Shown one piece after another: positions 1 through 10,841 of a DNA stretch of 32,000 nucleotides (position 1 is its first letter; each line of letters starts with the position of its first letter). Source of the stretch: Corynebacterium amycolatum (GTDB lineage: Bacteria > Actinomycetota > Actinomycetes > Mycobacteriales > Mycobacteriaceae); assembly GCF_049243625.1 (NCBI RefSeq), contig NZ_CP046975.1; one strand, 5' to 3'. The position numbers and the translations under genes were made by a program. Under the pieces are notes generated by a model, which was given only the letters and a program-made list of their open reading frames with translations, was not told the DNA's origin and did no database searches.

Positions 1-159
1 CGAAGCACAACCGAGACCTGAACCAGTAACTCGGACGATAGAACCGGTTACCGCGATTGCCGCCTGTGCAATCAATACGAGAAGCGCATAGAGCTTCTGG
101 CGCCCGATTGGTGTCAGCGGCAAAAACGATAGGGGCAAACTTCGATCTGCAGTATTCAC
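1..159 (-). CDS. ctaA: Heme A synthase (CtaA/COX15 family), N-terminal fragment; the gene runs off the left edge
   Basis: Absent from the ORF track because it is truncated. Reverse-strand reading from GTG (157-159) gives VNTADRSLPLSFLPLTPIGRQKLYALLVLIAQAAIAVTGSIVRVTGSGLGCAS, in frame to position 1. A first TM helix is followed by the TGSGLGC motif typical of CtaA. The position next to the ABC-2 pair, mptB and suf matches remembered actinobacterial synteny. Confidence 0.55.
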   Translation of the reverse strand, partial: MNTADRSLPLSFLPLTPIGRQKLYALLVLIAQAAIAVTGSIVRVTGSGLGCAS

Positions 160-252
160 ATTAAGAAATTCTACCCATGCTGGCGGAAAATGGTAATAAG
201 CCAAACCCCTGCGTTGGGCTGCGCTTTTCTATGCAGATTCCCCGGCAACGTC

Positions 253-1056
253 CTAATCATTCGGCATATCAAAACGGAACCAGCGAGCTGCCAGTGCAGC
301 GCCAAGGACACCCCACACAACCAGCACCCCGACAGCTGACCATTGGACAGACATGGCCAATGCCGCGGAGATTACGTCGGTAAGCGCGACGGACGGTAAG
401 AGGTGCAGCAGCACAGAGCTGATGCCATCTAACGATGGTGCAACGGCCACGTAAGTAGTCGCACCAATGAGGATAAACCAGATCAGGTTGGCGAGACCTA
501 GGATTAGCTCGGCCCCCAACGTGCCGCCCATGAGCAAGCCCAATGAAGTAAAGACGAACGTTCCCAGAAGCATCCCCACATAAGCCAACAGCCAGCCGCC
601 AATCGAAAGCTCTGCGCCAAGAGCGAGCCCCACGAGGCTGAACAGTATGTATTGCAACGTGACGGTAGTGCAGACCGACACAATCTTGCCTGCAATAATG
701 CCCCACGGTGGCACGCCTGAGGCACCGATGCGCTTCAGGGCTCCGTAACGACGGTCAAAGCCCACGGCAATTGCCTGCCCCGTAAAACCTGCAGACATGA
801 CGGAAATCGCCAGCACCATGGGGAAGATGCGCTCGAGCGGATCATCGAGTTCCAACACAGGCACCATCACCAGGCCGATGAGCATCGCCAACGGGATAAT
901 GATGGTGAGGAGCATTTGCTCACCGTGCCGCCAGAAGAGCTTCGTCTCCAACCGCGCCTGCGACATGACCAACGTCGCCATGTCCGAACGCTGCGGCTCC
1001 GGGGCGAAAGTGCCCTTAGCAAAGCGGGAGGCATCAGACCTCGGTGCGGTAGTCAT
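253..1056 (-). CDS. ABC-2 type transporter permease
   Basis: 267-aa polytopic hydrophobic protein with about 6 TM segments. Its start overlaps the stop of the upstream ATPase by 1 nt (TAATG at 1054-1058), indicating translational coupling. Confidence 0.8.
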   Translation of the reverse strand: MTTAPRSDASRFAKGTFAPEPQRSDMATLVMSQARLETKLFWRHGEQMLLTIIIPLAMLIGLVMVPVLELDDPLERIFPMVLAISVMSAGFTGQAIAVGFDRRYGALKRIGASGVPPWGIIAGKIVSVCTTVTLQYILFSLVGLALGAELSIGGWLLAYVGMLLGTFVFTSLGLLMGGTLGAELILGLANLIWFILIGATTYVAVAPSLDGISSVLLHLLPSVALTDVISAALAMSVQWSAVGVLVVWGVLGAALAARWFRFDMPND

Positions 1057-2024
1057 TAGCTCCTCATCTCCGTTCCAGTGATCTGCAAGAAGACATCTTC
1101 AAGCGATTGCGTCGCCTTATTCAACGAGGTGATCAACACCTCTTGTCGCTCGCAACTCTGGGCCAATACAGTCAGGGCGCGCGGTGAAGCCTCACCAATC
1201 AATGAGAACTCTCCACCGCTAGAACGCTGCAGACGCTGCGAAAGACCAGACTCGCTAAAGCTGCGGTTGACCTCTTCGAAGTCAAGGCTGCCTCGAACGC
1301 TGACCTTCATAGCAGTGCCTGACGACGTCCCATGGAGCGCCGATGCGCCTGCGCTAGTGATCTCCTCGGTGGTGCCGGCCACAACTAAATGGCCTCGGTC
1401 GACAATCGCAACGTCGTCGGCAAGCGATTCAGCCTCGTCCATCAGATGCGTTGTCAGGACTACGGTGACCCCATCCCGGCGCAGCGACGAGATGAGATCC
1501 CAGACGGCTAGACGGGACTGGGCATCGAGGCCTGCTGTCGGCTCGTCGAGGAACACCAGCTCCGGACGTCCGACCAGGGCGCATGCGAGCGACAGTCGCT
1601 GCTGCTGACCACCCGAGAGCCTGCGGTAGTTCGTCTTACGATGGCGTTCTAGGCCTACGACTTCAAGGAGCCAATCAGTGTCCAGCGGATTTGCGGAGTA
1701 ACTGGCAACTAGGTTCAGCATTTCGCCAACGCGAACACCGGGGTAGGCACCTCCGCCCTGGAGCATGATGCCAATGCGGCTGCGCAGTGCTGTGGTTTGA
1801 GTGACCGGGTCGAGATCGAGAATGCGAATTCGCCCTTCATCCGGCTTGATGAAGCCCTCACACATTTCAACGGTTGTGGTCTTACCAGCGCCGTTGGGGC
1901 CGAGAAGCGCAAGAACCCTACCTCGATCCAGGGAAAGCGAAAGGTCTGATACAGCCTCAACGTCATCGAATTTCTTCGTTACGTTCTCAAGGCGCAGAGC
2001 AGGAGAATTGGCAGCGTTATTCAC
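1056..2024 (-). CDS. ABC transporter ATP-binding protein (DrrA-like, with C-terminal extension)
   Basis: Walker A GPNGAGKTTT, signature LSGGQQQRLSLA, Walker B LVFLDEPTAGLD. Coupled to the downstream ABC-2 permease. Confidence 0.9.
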   Translation of the reverse strand: MNNAANSPALRLENVTKKFDDVEAVSDLSLSLDRGRVLALLGPNGAGKTTTVEMCEGFIKPDEGRIRILDLDPVTQTTALRSRIGIMLQGGGAYPGVRVGEMLNLVASYSANPLDTDWLLEVVGLERHRKTNYRRLSGGQQQRLSLACALVGRPELVFLDEPTAGLDAQSRLAVWDLISSLRRDGVTVVLTTHLMDEAESLADDVAIVDRGHLVVAGTTEEITSAGASALHGTSSGTAMKVSVRGSLDFEEVNRSFSESGLSQRLQRSSGGEFSLIGEASPRALTVLAQSCERQEVLITSLNKATQSLEDVFLQITGTEMRS

Positions 2025-2049
2025 GGTTAGTCAGTCTAATCTCACAGTT

Positions 2050-3789
2050 TTAATGAAGGCGAAATACCTTAGATCGCGTCGAGTACGCCAAGATGACGAG
2101 CATGACTGCGACGAAGAATACCAACGCCAGTAGGTAAATCTGAGCGACGGTACCCGGAGGCAACCCCAGGCCGCGTGGTAGTACTACAAAACTGAAAATT
2201 GCCGAGTACAGAACCACGGCAATGCGAAATTGTACCCGGTTGGCCCAAGCGGACAGCGGCACGATGGCCCATAGCAAGTACCAGGGGTGCACGACGGGGA
2301 AGAGGATTACTAGAGCGAACATCGCTAGGCCGTAGCCGCCGAGCGGGTGAATGCGACCACGGAACGTCGCTAACAGCATGCGTAGGAGCCAGGCAGCCAC
2401 TAGCGCTACACCAATGCCACGGGTAAACAGCAAAGCACTGTCGCTGATATCGCCGAGCCCCAGGAGCCTCCCGAAGAAACCAGCGATGATCCCGAGCAGG
2501 GTAGTTAGCGACATCCAACTGCGCACCGTCGCGGCGCCACCTTGCGCGGTGATCCAACCAAAGCCCAGACCAGTTCCTAAGGAAACAACGACTGCCGTGA
2601 CGACGGTTATTGCGCCCGTCACTACTGCGGAAAGAGCAACGGCCTTCCAGGTGCTGCCGAACTTTCTGGCCAGCCACATGCCGGCAAAGCCGAGCGCCAC
2701 GAAACCGGTAACTTTGACCATTCCGGCGAGGCTGATGAGCACAATACCGCCTGCATACAGCGCCCATGATCTTCCTCGGCTTTGGTTCTCGTGTCCGATT
2801 GGTCCGGGTTCTGGCAGCTCATCGGGCTCCATCGATTGCGCAGGACCGTGGATAGCGCGTAGACACAGTTCGAGGCCAACGAGCAGGAGTGCAAGCAGCA
2901 GGGCCTCGTTGTGGATACCGCCCACCAGGTGCAGCAATACCAGCGGATTGAGCGTGCCCAGCCATAGGGTGAACTGAGAGCTAACTCCGCAGCGGCGACC
3001 AAGCCGCACCAGCGCCCAGGACACCACGAGAAGCGAAACGATGGCGACGAGTCGGTGTAGAAAGACGGAAGCAATCACCCCGTCGCTGGTTATCTTGGCG
3101 ATACCCCATGCCACTGCGAGGGCTGTGGGGCCGTACGGGCTCGGAGAGTGCGACCAAATCAATGGCACCGATCGGGCCAGTGGGTCGTTGGCTCCCAATA
3201 GGTCAACAGGTCCTGCGAGATAGGGATCCATACCCCGCTCCACAATTGCAGCCTGCGCCAAATAGGAGTAGATATCCTGCGTAAACAGGGGAGCGGTAAA
3301 CACCAAGGGCAATACCCATGCCGCGTAGGTGCGTATGAGCATCGGAGTGGTCACCGCGGTGACGCGAGTCCGCGCACCGGCCAGAACAAAAGCTCCGACA
3401 CCCAACCAGGCTGTGACTAACATGCCAATCCCCACGAAGGTGACGATTGTCGTTGCCACCAACATTCGACCGAGGATCAGCCCGAGTGGTGTACCCCAAA
3501 ACTCATTTCCAACCACCGGTGTCGCGCCTGCGCCAATCCCGGTGACCATAATAAAGATCGACCCAAGAGTACCCAGCCAACGCAGCCAGGTGAAGCGTCG
3601 GAGTTCGCGGTAATTGATGCGGTGTTGGAGCGGCTGTTCTGAGCCTTGGTGGAGGGTTGCCGACCTGGAACCAGCCAGACCAATTTTCGGAATGACGTCA
3701 CGCACCCCGAGAGCATCGTCGAAGGTGGACGAGCGGCGCGGGGCGGGTCGGTTAGTTTTCACAAGGTCACATAGTAGACGATTCGACAC
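2050..3789 (-). CDS. mptB: Polytopic GT-C family membrane glycosyltransferase, MptB-like (polyprenol-phosphate-mannose dependent alpha-1,6-mannosyltransferase)
   Basis: 579-aa ORF with more than 10 hydrophobic segments. The first loop carries FTQDIYSYLAQAAIVERGMDPY, the acidic D-x-Y-type motif of GT-C/DUF2029 enzymes. It is divergent from sufR, as Rv1459c and Cg1766 are. The start codon is uncertain: GTG at 3787-3789, with no internal Met for about 80 codons. Confidence 0.65.
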   Translation of the reverse strand: MSNRLLCDLVKTNRPAPRRSSTFDDALGVRDVIPKIGLAGSRSATLHQGSEQPLQHRINYRELRRFTWLRWLGTLGSIFIMVTGIGAGATPVVGNEFWGTPLGLILGRMLVATTIVTFVGIGMLVTAWLGVGAFVLAGARTRVTAVTTPMLIRTYAAWVLPLVFTAPLFTQDIYSYLAQAAIVERGMDPYLAGPVDLLGANDPLARSVPLIWSHSPSPYGPTALAVAWGIAKITSDGVIASVFLHRLVAIVSLLVVSWALVRLGRRCGVSSQFTLWLGTLNPLVLLHLVGGIHNEALLLALLLVGLELCLRAIHGPAQSMEPDELPEPGPIGHENQSRGRSWALYAGGIVLISLAGMVKVTGFVALGFAGMWLARKFGSTWKAVALSAVVTGAITVVTAVVVSLGTGLGFGWITAQGGAATVRSWMSLTTLLGIIAGFFGRLLGLGDISDSALLFTRGIGVALVAAWLLRMLLATFRGRIHPLGGYGLAMFALVILFPVVHPWYLLWAIVPLSAWANRVQFRIAVVLYSAIFSFVVLPRGLGLPPGTVAQIYLLALVFFVAVMLVILAYSTRSKVFRLH

Positions 3790-3860
3790 GCCGAAAGGGC
3801 GTTCTAATCAGCGACGTTGCATTGATATTTAAATGCGTTGGACTTTATGCACCAATTACG

Positions 3861-3872
3861 ACACAATTGTGT
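3861..3872. promoter_or_regulatory. Perfect 12-bp palindrome ACACAATTGTGT in the mptB/sufR divergent promoter region; candidate SufR operator
   Basis: The palindrome is read directly from the sequence, about 105 bp upstream of the sufR ATG. SufR-type repressors autoregulate suf operons through palindromic operators. Confidence 0.4.
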
Positions 3873-3975
3873 TGTCTAATACACCAGCGGCGCAAGTGGG
3901 ATATTTGCCTCGCTGAGCCACCTAGACACCTTTTTATGATCCAGCAGTCCAATCGCAGGAGGTGACTCACCAGTC

Positions 3976-4674
3976 ATGGCTGATCGGAAACCGACCGTCA
4001 ATGACGGTGATACGCGCAAGCGCATTCTCCAATTACTTCTGGAACACAACCCGGCGTCCGCGACTTTTATCGCTGACACCCTGGGACTATCCGCTGCAGG
4101 AGTCCGTCGCCACATCGATATTCTAGTGGACGAAGGTCTCGCCGAAACCGCTCCGGCGCCCAGTACTGGCCCCCGAGGCCGAGGCAGGCCAGCAAAGTCC
4201 TACCGTCTGACAGACCGGGGCCGCGCTAGATTCGGACACGCTTACGACGATCTTGCTAGCGCAGCTCTGACCGCACTGCGCAAGGCCGGCGGTGAGCAGG
4301 CAGTTGCCCAGTTTGCCCGTCAGCGCATTGATGACATTCTGCTCGGCGTCACCCCTGTGGGGCAGGACGCAGAGAAGGAAGAGGTCGTAGAGGCCGTCGT
4401 CGATGCTTTTCGACGGGCCGGATACGCGGCAACTATCAACCAGAACACTGGCGGCGTGCAGATTTGCCAGCACCATTGCCCAATTAGCCACGTAGCCTCC
4501 GAGTTTCCGGAGCTCTGCGCGGCGGAGCATGAAGCCGTTAGTAAATTATTAGGGCAGCACACCCAACCGTTAGCGACTATCGCTGATGGTAACGGTATCT
4601 GCACCACAAATATCCCACTCACTCCCGTAACAAAGACACTTACTGAATTGCCACATGAAAGGAGCGGACAATGA
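3976..4674 (+). CDS. sufR: SufR, winged-helix (ArsR/DeoR-like) Fe-S cluster-sensing repressor of the suf operon
   Basis: N-terminal wHTH ([42 protein letters not shown]). C-terminal C-x3-C-x12-C motif ([18 protein letters not shown]). SD AGGAGG at 3956-3961. ATGA overlap with sufB. Confidence 0.85.
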   Translation: MADRKPTVNDGDTRKRILQLLLEHNPASATFIADTLGLSAAGVRRHIDILVDEGLAETAPAPSTGPRGRGRPAKSYRLTDRGRARFGHAYDDLASAALTALRKAGGEQAVAQFARQRIDDILLGVTPVGQDAEKEEVVEAVVDAFRRAGYAATINQNTGGVQICQHHCPISHVASEFPELCAAEHEAVSKLLGQHTQPLATIADGNGICTTNIPLTPVTKTLTELPHERSGQ

Positions 4675-6137
4675 CCCTCGCCCATGAGAACTCCACCGAC
4701 GTGGCTGAATCCACGAAGGCTGCCACTCCGCAGACTGACGAAGAGATTATTGAGTCTATTGGTGCCTACCAGTTCGGTTGGCACGACCCGGATACCGCTG
4801 GCGCTTCCGCGAAGCGCGGCCTATCTGAAGCGGTCGTTCGCGATATCTCGGCTAAGAAGAACGAGCCTGAGTGGATGCTCGAGCGTCGCTTGAAGGCTCT
4901 GGAAATCTTCGACCGCAAGCCGCTGCCCACCTGGGGCGCGGATTTGTCTGGCATCGACTTCGACAACATTAAGTACTTCGTTCGCTCCACCGAGAAGCAG
5001 GCCCAGACCTGGGAAGATCTTCCGGAGGATATTAAGAACACCTACGACAAGCTCGGCATTCCGGAAGCGGAGAAGCAGCGCTTGGTCGCCGGTGTCGCCG
5101 CTCAGTACGAATCTGAGGTTGTCTACCACCAGATTCGCGAGGATTTGGAGAGCCAGGGCGTTATCTTCCTGGACACTGATACTGCGCTCAAGGAACACCC
5201 GGAGCTATTCAAGGAGTACTTCGGCACCGTTATTCCTGCTGGCGACAACAAGTTCTCTGCGCTTAACACCGCAGTGTGGTCGGGCGGTTCCTTCATTTAC
5301 GTCCCAAAGGGCGTCCACGTGGACATCCCGCTGCAGGCGTACTTCCGTATTAATACCGAGAACATGGGCCAGTTCGAGCGCACCCTCATCATCGTCGATG
5401 AGGATGCCTACGTGCACTACGTCGAGGGATGTACTGCTCCGATTTACAAGTCTGACTCCTTGCACTCGGCTGTTGTGGAGATCATCGTGAAGAAGGGCGG
5501 CCGCTGCCGCTACACCACAATCCAGAACTGGTCGAACAACGTCTACAACCTGGTTACCAAGCGCACCAAGTGCGAAGAGGGTGCAACCATGGAGTGGATT
5601 GACGGCAACATCGGTTCCAAGGTCACCATGAAGTACCCGGCAGTGTGGATGACTGGTCCGCACGCCAAGGGCGAGGTGCTGTCCGTTGCTATGGCTGGCG
5701 AGGACCAGTTCCAGGACACCGGCGCCAAGATGGTGCACATGGCTCCGCACACGAGCTCCAACATCGTGTCCAAGTCCGTGGCCCGCAACGGTGGTCGCGC
5801 TGCCTACCGCGGTCTGGTGCAGGTCAACAAGGGTGCCAAGCACTCACACTCCAACGTCGAGTGTGACGCGCTGCTGGTCGACACGATTTCGCGCTCGGAC
5901 ACGTACCCGTACGTGGATGTCCGCGAGGACGACGTCACCCTCGGCCACGAGGCAACGGTTTCCAAGGTCTCTGACGATCAGCTTTTCTACCTGATGAGCC
6001 GCGGCATCGAAGAAGAAGATGCAATGGCCATGGTCGTGCGTGGCTTTGTCGAGCCCATTGCCAAGGAGCTCCCGATGGAATACGCCCTCGAGCTCAACCG
6101 CCTCATTGAACTGCAGATGGAAGGTTCGGTCGGTTAA
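4671..6137 (+). CDS. sufB: Fe-S cluster assembly scaffold protein SufB (no intein)
   Basis: 488 aa. Typical SufB segments [33 protein letters not shown] and [22 protein letters not shown]. First structural gene after sufR. Confidence 0.95.
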   Translation: MTLAHENSTDVAESTKAATPQTDEEIIESIGAYQFGWHDPDTAGASAKRGLSEAVVRDISAKKNEPEWMLERRLKALEIFDRKPLPTWGADLSGIDFDNIKYFVRSTEKQAQTWEDLPEDIKNTYDKLGIPEAEKQRLVAGVAAQYESEVVYHQIREDLESQGVIFLDTDTALKEHPELFKEYFGTVIPAGDNKFSALNTAVWSGGSFIYVPKGVHVDIPLQAYFRINTENMGQFERTLIIVDEDAYVHYVEGCTAPIYKSDSLHSAVVEIIVKKGGRCRYTTIQNWSNNVYNLVTKRTKCEEGATMEWIDGNIGSKVTMKYPAVWMTGPHAKGEVLSVAMAGEDQFQDTGAKMVHMAPHTSSNIVSKSVARNGGRAAYRGLVQVNKGAKHSHSNVECDALLVDTISRSDTYPYVDVREDDVTLGHEATVSKVSDDQLFYLMSRGIEEEDAMAMVVRGFVEPIAKELPMEYALELNRLIELQMEGSVG

Positions 6138-6142
6138 TACCT

Positions 6143-7333
6143 ATGACTACGACGATTAACAACGAAAACCAGGCTGCTCATAGCCGCCGCGTGCTGGCGA
6201 ACAAGGGCGACGTTTTCTCATCTTTCAACGTGGAGGACTTCTCCGTGCCGCATGGCAAGGATGAGGAGTGGAAGTTCACACCGCTGCGCAAACTTCGCGG
6301 TCTCCACAACGGCACCGCCGCCGATCCGGTTGCAGCGTCGATTTTGGTCGAGACTGGCGGTCAGGATGGTGTCGCTGTGGACGTCGTCAAGCGTGACGAC
6401 GAACGCCTCGGCCGCGCCGGTACCCCGACGGATCGCGTGGCAGCACAGGCGTACTCCAACTTCGACGATGCACACATCGTGACCTTCGCGAAGAATTCGG
6501 TTTCCAAGGAACCGGTCGTCATTGACATCGATGGCCCGGGCGAGGACAACGTTTCCTACGGCCATATCGTCATTGATGTGCAGTCCCACGCCGAGGCCGT
6601 CTGCGTGATTAACTACCGTGGCAGCGGCACGTTCGCGGACAACATTGAGTTCGTAATCGGCGACGGCGCTAAGCTGAGCGTCGTGACCATGGTGAACTGG
6701 AACGAAGATGCAGTTCACGGCTCTGCTCACCATATTCGCGTCGGCCGTGATGCCACGCTGCGCCACACCGTCGCAACGTTCGGTGGCGAGGTTGTCCGTA
6801 TCGTTCCACGCGTTGCATTCACGGCACCGGGCGGCGACGTCGATCTGCTGGGCGTGTACTTCGCCGATGGCGGTCAGTACTTCGAAAACCGCATGCTGGT
6901 AGACCACGCTGTGCCGAACTGCCGCTCCAACGTCATGTACAAGGGCGCGTTGCAGGGCGAGCCGAATGTCGCTCATCGTGAGGCCCGCACCGCGTGGGTG
7001 GGAGACGTGCTCATTCGTGCAGAGGCCACGGGCACCGATACCTATGAGCTCAACCGCAATCTGCTACTCACCGAGGGCGCGCGTGCCGACGCAGTTCCGA
7101 ACCTGGAAATCGAAACCGGTGAAATCGCTGGTGCTGGTCACGCTGCTACCGTTGGTCGCTTCGACGAGGAACAGCTGTTCTACCTGCTCTCCCGCGGTAT
7201 CCCCGAAATGGCAGCCCGCCGTTTGGTGGTTCGCGGCTTCTTCAGCGAGGTCATCAACCTGATTCCGGTCGAGTCCGTTCGCGAGAAGCTTGAGCAACTC
7301 GTTGACGAAGAGCTCAACACCGCTGGCTTCTAA
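6143..7333 (+). CDS. sufD: Fe-S cluster assembly protein SufD
   Basis: 396 aa. The C-terminal GHAATVGRFDEEQLFYLLSRGI is paralogous to the SufB C-terminus. Located between sufB and sufC. Confidence 0.9.
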   Translation: MTTTINNENQAAHSRRVLANKGDVFSSFNVEDFSVPHGKDEEWKFTPLRKLRGLHNGTAADPVAASILVETGGQDGVAVDVVKRDDERLGRAGTPTDRVAAQAYSNFDDAHIVTFAKNSVSKEPVVIDIDGPGEDNVSYGHIVIDVQSHAEAVCVINYRGSGTFADNIEFVIGDGAKLSVVTMVNWNEDAVHGSAHHIRVGRDATLRHTVATFGGEVVRIVPRVAFTAPGGDVDLLGVYFADGGQYFENRMLVDHAVPNCRSNVMYKGALQGEPNVAHREARTAWVGDVLIRAEATGTDTYELNRNLLLTEGARADAVPNLEIETGEIAGAGHAATVGRFDEEQLFYLLSRGIPEMAARRLVVRGFFSEVINLIPVESVREKLEQLVDEELNTAGF

Positions 7334-7369
7334 CCGCTTATCTTCTTTCTCACCCTTTCCGCCCTGTCA

Positions 7370-7386
7370 CCCCGGTAGCACCGGGG
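7370..7386 (+). other. GC-rich hairpin (CCCCGG-tagca-CCGGGG) in the 93-bp sufD-sufC spacer
   Basis: A 6-bp all-GC stem with a 5-nt loop, read directly. This is the only sizeable gap inside the otherwise tightly packed suf operon. Confidence 0.3.
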
Positions 7387-7426
7387 GAGCAGGCCACTTA
7401 CACCGATTAAAGGAAAAGATTTCACT

Positions 7427-9434
<2,008 letters not shown>

Positions 9435-9454
9435 CTTTAAGAAAGGAGAGGGAC

Positions 9455-9970
9455 ATGAAGCTCGAGCAGATGTACCAGGAAGTCATCCTGGATCACTACA
9501 AGCATCCGCAGCACGCAGGTTTGCGGGAGCCTTTCAACGCGGAAGTGCACCATGTCAACCCGTCGTGTGGCGATGAACTCACGCTTCGCGTCACCCTGAA
9601 CGACGACCTCACCGTCGTCAATGACGTCTCCTATGACGCCGTGGGCTGTTCTATCTCACAGGCCTCCACCTCAGTTATGGCTGAGGAGATTGTCGGCAAG
9701 ACTGTCGACGAGGCCATGGCCAAACTCACCGAGTTCGAGAAGATGGTCACGTCCCGTGGCAAGATTGAAGGCGACGAGGACATTATCGGCGATGGCATTG
9801 CCTTCGCTGGTGTCTCTAAGTACCCTGCCCGTGTGAAGTGCGCACTTCTCGGTTGGAAAGCTTTCCAGGCCGCAACCGCTGAGGCTCTGGCCAACGCCGC
9901 TGAAGGCAACGGCGTTGGCACCGCGACTGTAACTGTTACCGCTGACGAGGAAGGCCACCACCATGACTGA
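9455..9970 (+). CDS. sufU: SufU-type sulfur-transfer/scaffold protein
   Basis: Three conserved Cys (NPSCGDE, GCSISQAS, RVKCALL) and a SufU-type insertion before the third Cys. SD GAAAGGAGAG at 9441-9450. The start is placed at ATG 9455, not the ORF-track start at 9272. Confidence 0.9.
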   Translation: MKLEQMYQEVILDHYKHPQHAGLREPFNAEVHHVNPSCGDELTLRVTLNDDLTVVNDVSYDAVGCSISQASTSVMAEEIVGKTVDEAMAKLTEFEKMVTSRGKIEGDEDIIGDGIAFAGVSKYPARVKCALLGWKAFQAATAEALANAAEGNGVGTATVTVTADEEGHHHD

Positions 9971-10427
9971 ACCAAACGCTATTGACGCCACCTCGCCCGC
10001 ACAGCCTGACGCTGTCGACGAGGACACCATGACCACTGGCGCTCCAATCGATGAGGGGGATGCGTACGAGTCCATCACCGTCCCGCCGGCACCGGAGCAG
10101 ACCGAAGCCGATAACAAGCTCGCCATCCAGGTTGAAGAGGCTATGTACGAGGTTGTTGACCCAGAACTCGGAGTCAACGTCGTGGACCTGGGCCTGGTTT
10201 ATGACATCTGGATAGAAGAAGGCGACATTGCCGCTATCTTCATGACTCTCACGTCCCCAGCCTGCCCGCTGACCGATATGCTCACCGACCAGACTGCCTC
10301 TGAGGTCATGAAGGTCGAGGGTATCCGCGACTTCCGCCTCAACTGGGTCTGGTCCCCGGCATGGGGCCCGCACATGATTACCGAGGAAGGCCGCGAGCAG
10401 ATGCGCGCTCTCGGCTTCTCGGTCTAG
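9963..10427 (+). CDS. sufT: DUF59/SufT-like Fe-S assembly accessory protein
   Basis: DUF59 core VVDPELGVNVVDLGLVYDI ... TLTSPACPL. 8-nt overlap with sufU. Last gene of the operon, as in the Rv1466/Cg1759 position. Confidence 0.8.
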   Translation: MTEPNAIDATSPAQPDAVDEDTMTTGAPIDEGDAYESITVPPAPEQTEADNKLAIQVEEAMYEVVDPELGVNVVDLGLVYDIWIEEGDIAAIFMTLTSPACPLTDMLTDQTASEVMKVEGIRDFRLNWVWSPAWGPHMITEEGREQMRALGFSV

Positions 10428-10464
10428 ACGATCAGTGACAGCGGTGATGAGTGCACCGCTACGT

Positions 10465-10513
10465 AAAAAGTGCTTGGCGACGAGCTCCTGGCTCGTTCAG
10501 CTAGGCACTTTTT
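10465..10513 (+). terminator. Candidate intrinsic terminator of the suf operon
   Basis: AAAAAGTGC ... inner stem ACGAGC/GCTCGT (loop TCCTG) ... GCACTTTTT, followed by CGTTTGTTTTT. The stem is interrupted by an internal loop, so confidence is moderate. Confidence 0.45.
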
Positions 10514-10524
10514 CGTTTGTTTTT

Positions 10525-10588
10525 GAGTTACTGACTACGTTTATGGCTGGCATCGGTAGGGCGATGAGAGTTACTGACTGCATTTATG
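10525..10588. repeat. Two 21-bp direct repeats (GAGTTACTGACTACGTTTATG / GAGTTACTGACTGCATTTATG), 43 bp apart start to start
   Basis: Read directly at 10525-10545 and 10568-10588, with 19/21 identity. They lie in an AT-rich spacer between two convergent terminators. Confidence 0.6.
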
Positions 10589-10702
10589 TCAAAAATGGCC
10601 CGAAAAATGATCTGAAAGCGTCATAAACTCGCACAGTTTCACATTTGCAGCCCGTATTCTCACGTGCGGCCCATAATTTTTTAGGGTTGTCCGATTTAGA
10701 GT

Positions 10703-10750
10703 TAAAAAGCGACCCCACCTGGCGCTAAAAGAGTGCCAAGCGGGGTCGCT
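10703..10750 (-). terminator. Intrinsic terminator of the permease gene
   Basis: The minus-strand RNA AGCGACCCCGCTTGGC ... GCCAGGTGGGGTCGCT forms an approximately 16-bp stem that includes two G-U pairs, followed by TTTTTA. On the plus strand the wobble pairs become mismatches, so the element is strand-specific. Confidence 0.7.
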
Positions 10751-10801
10751 ATTGTCTTCGACTGCTAATCCGAGTCGTGAGAGTTCGATGCGAGATGCAT
10801 T

Positions 10802-10841
10802 AGCTATTCACAGCTATTCACAGCCATTCGCAGCTATTCGC
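10802..10841. repeat. Four tandem copies of a 10-bp unit (AGCTATTCAC, AGCTATTCAC, AGCCATTCGC, AGCTATTCGC)
   Basis: Read directly. The last unit contains the final two codons and the TAG stop (10834-10836) of the permease gene. Confidence 0.8.

Noticed and set aside
4671-6137. A check for an intein in SufB, as present in M. tuberculosis SufB
   Set aside because: The ORF has the ordinary length of 488 aa and a contiguous SufB sequence with no insertion.
10435-10626. A 63-aa plus-strand ORF in the suf/permease intergenic region
   Set aside because: It spans the suf terminator hairpin and the 21-bp repeats, lies in AT-rich DNA with atypical codon usage, and has no SD.
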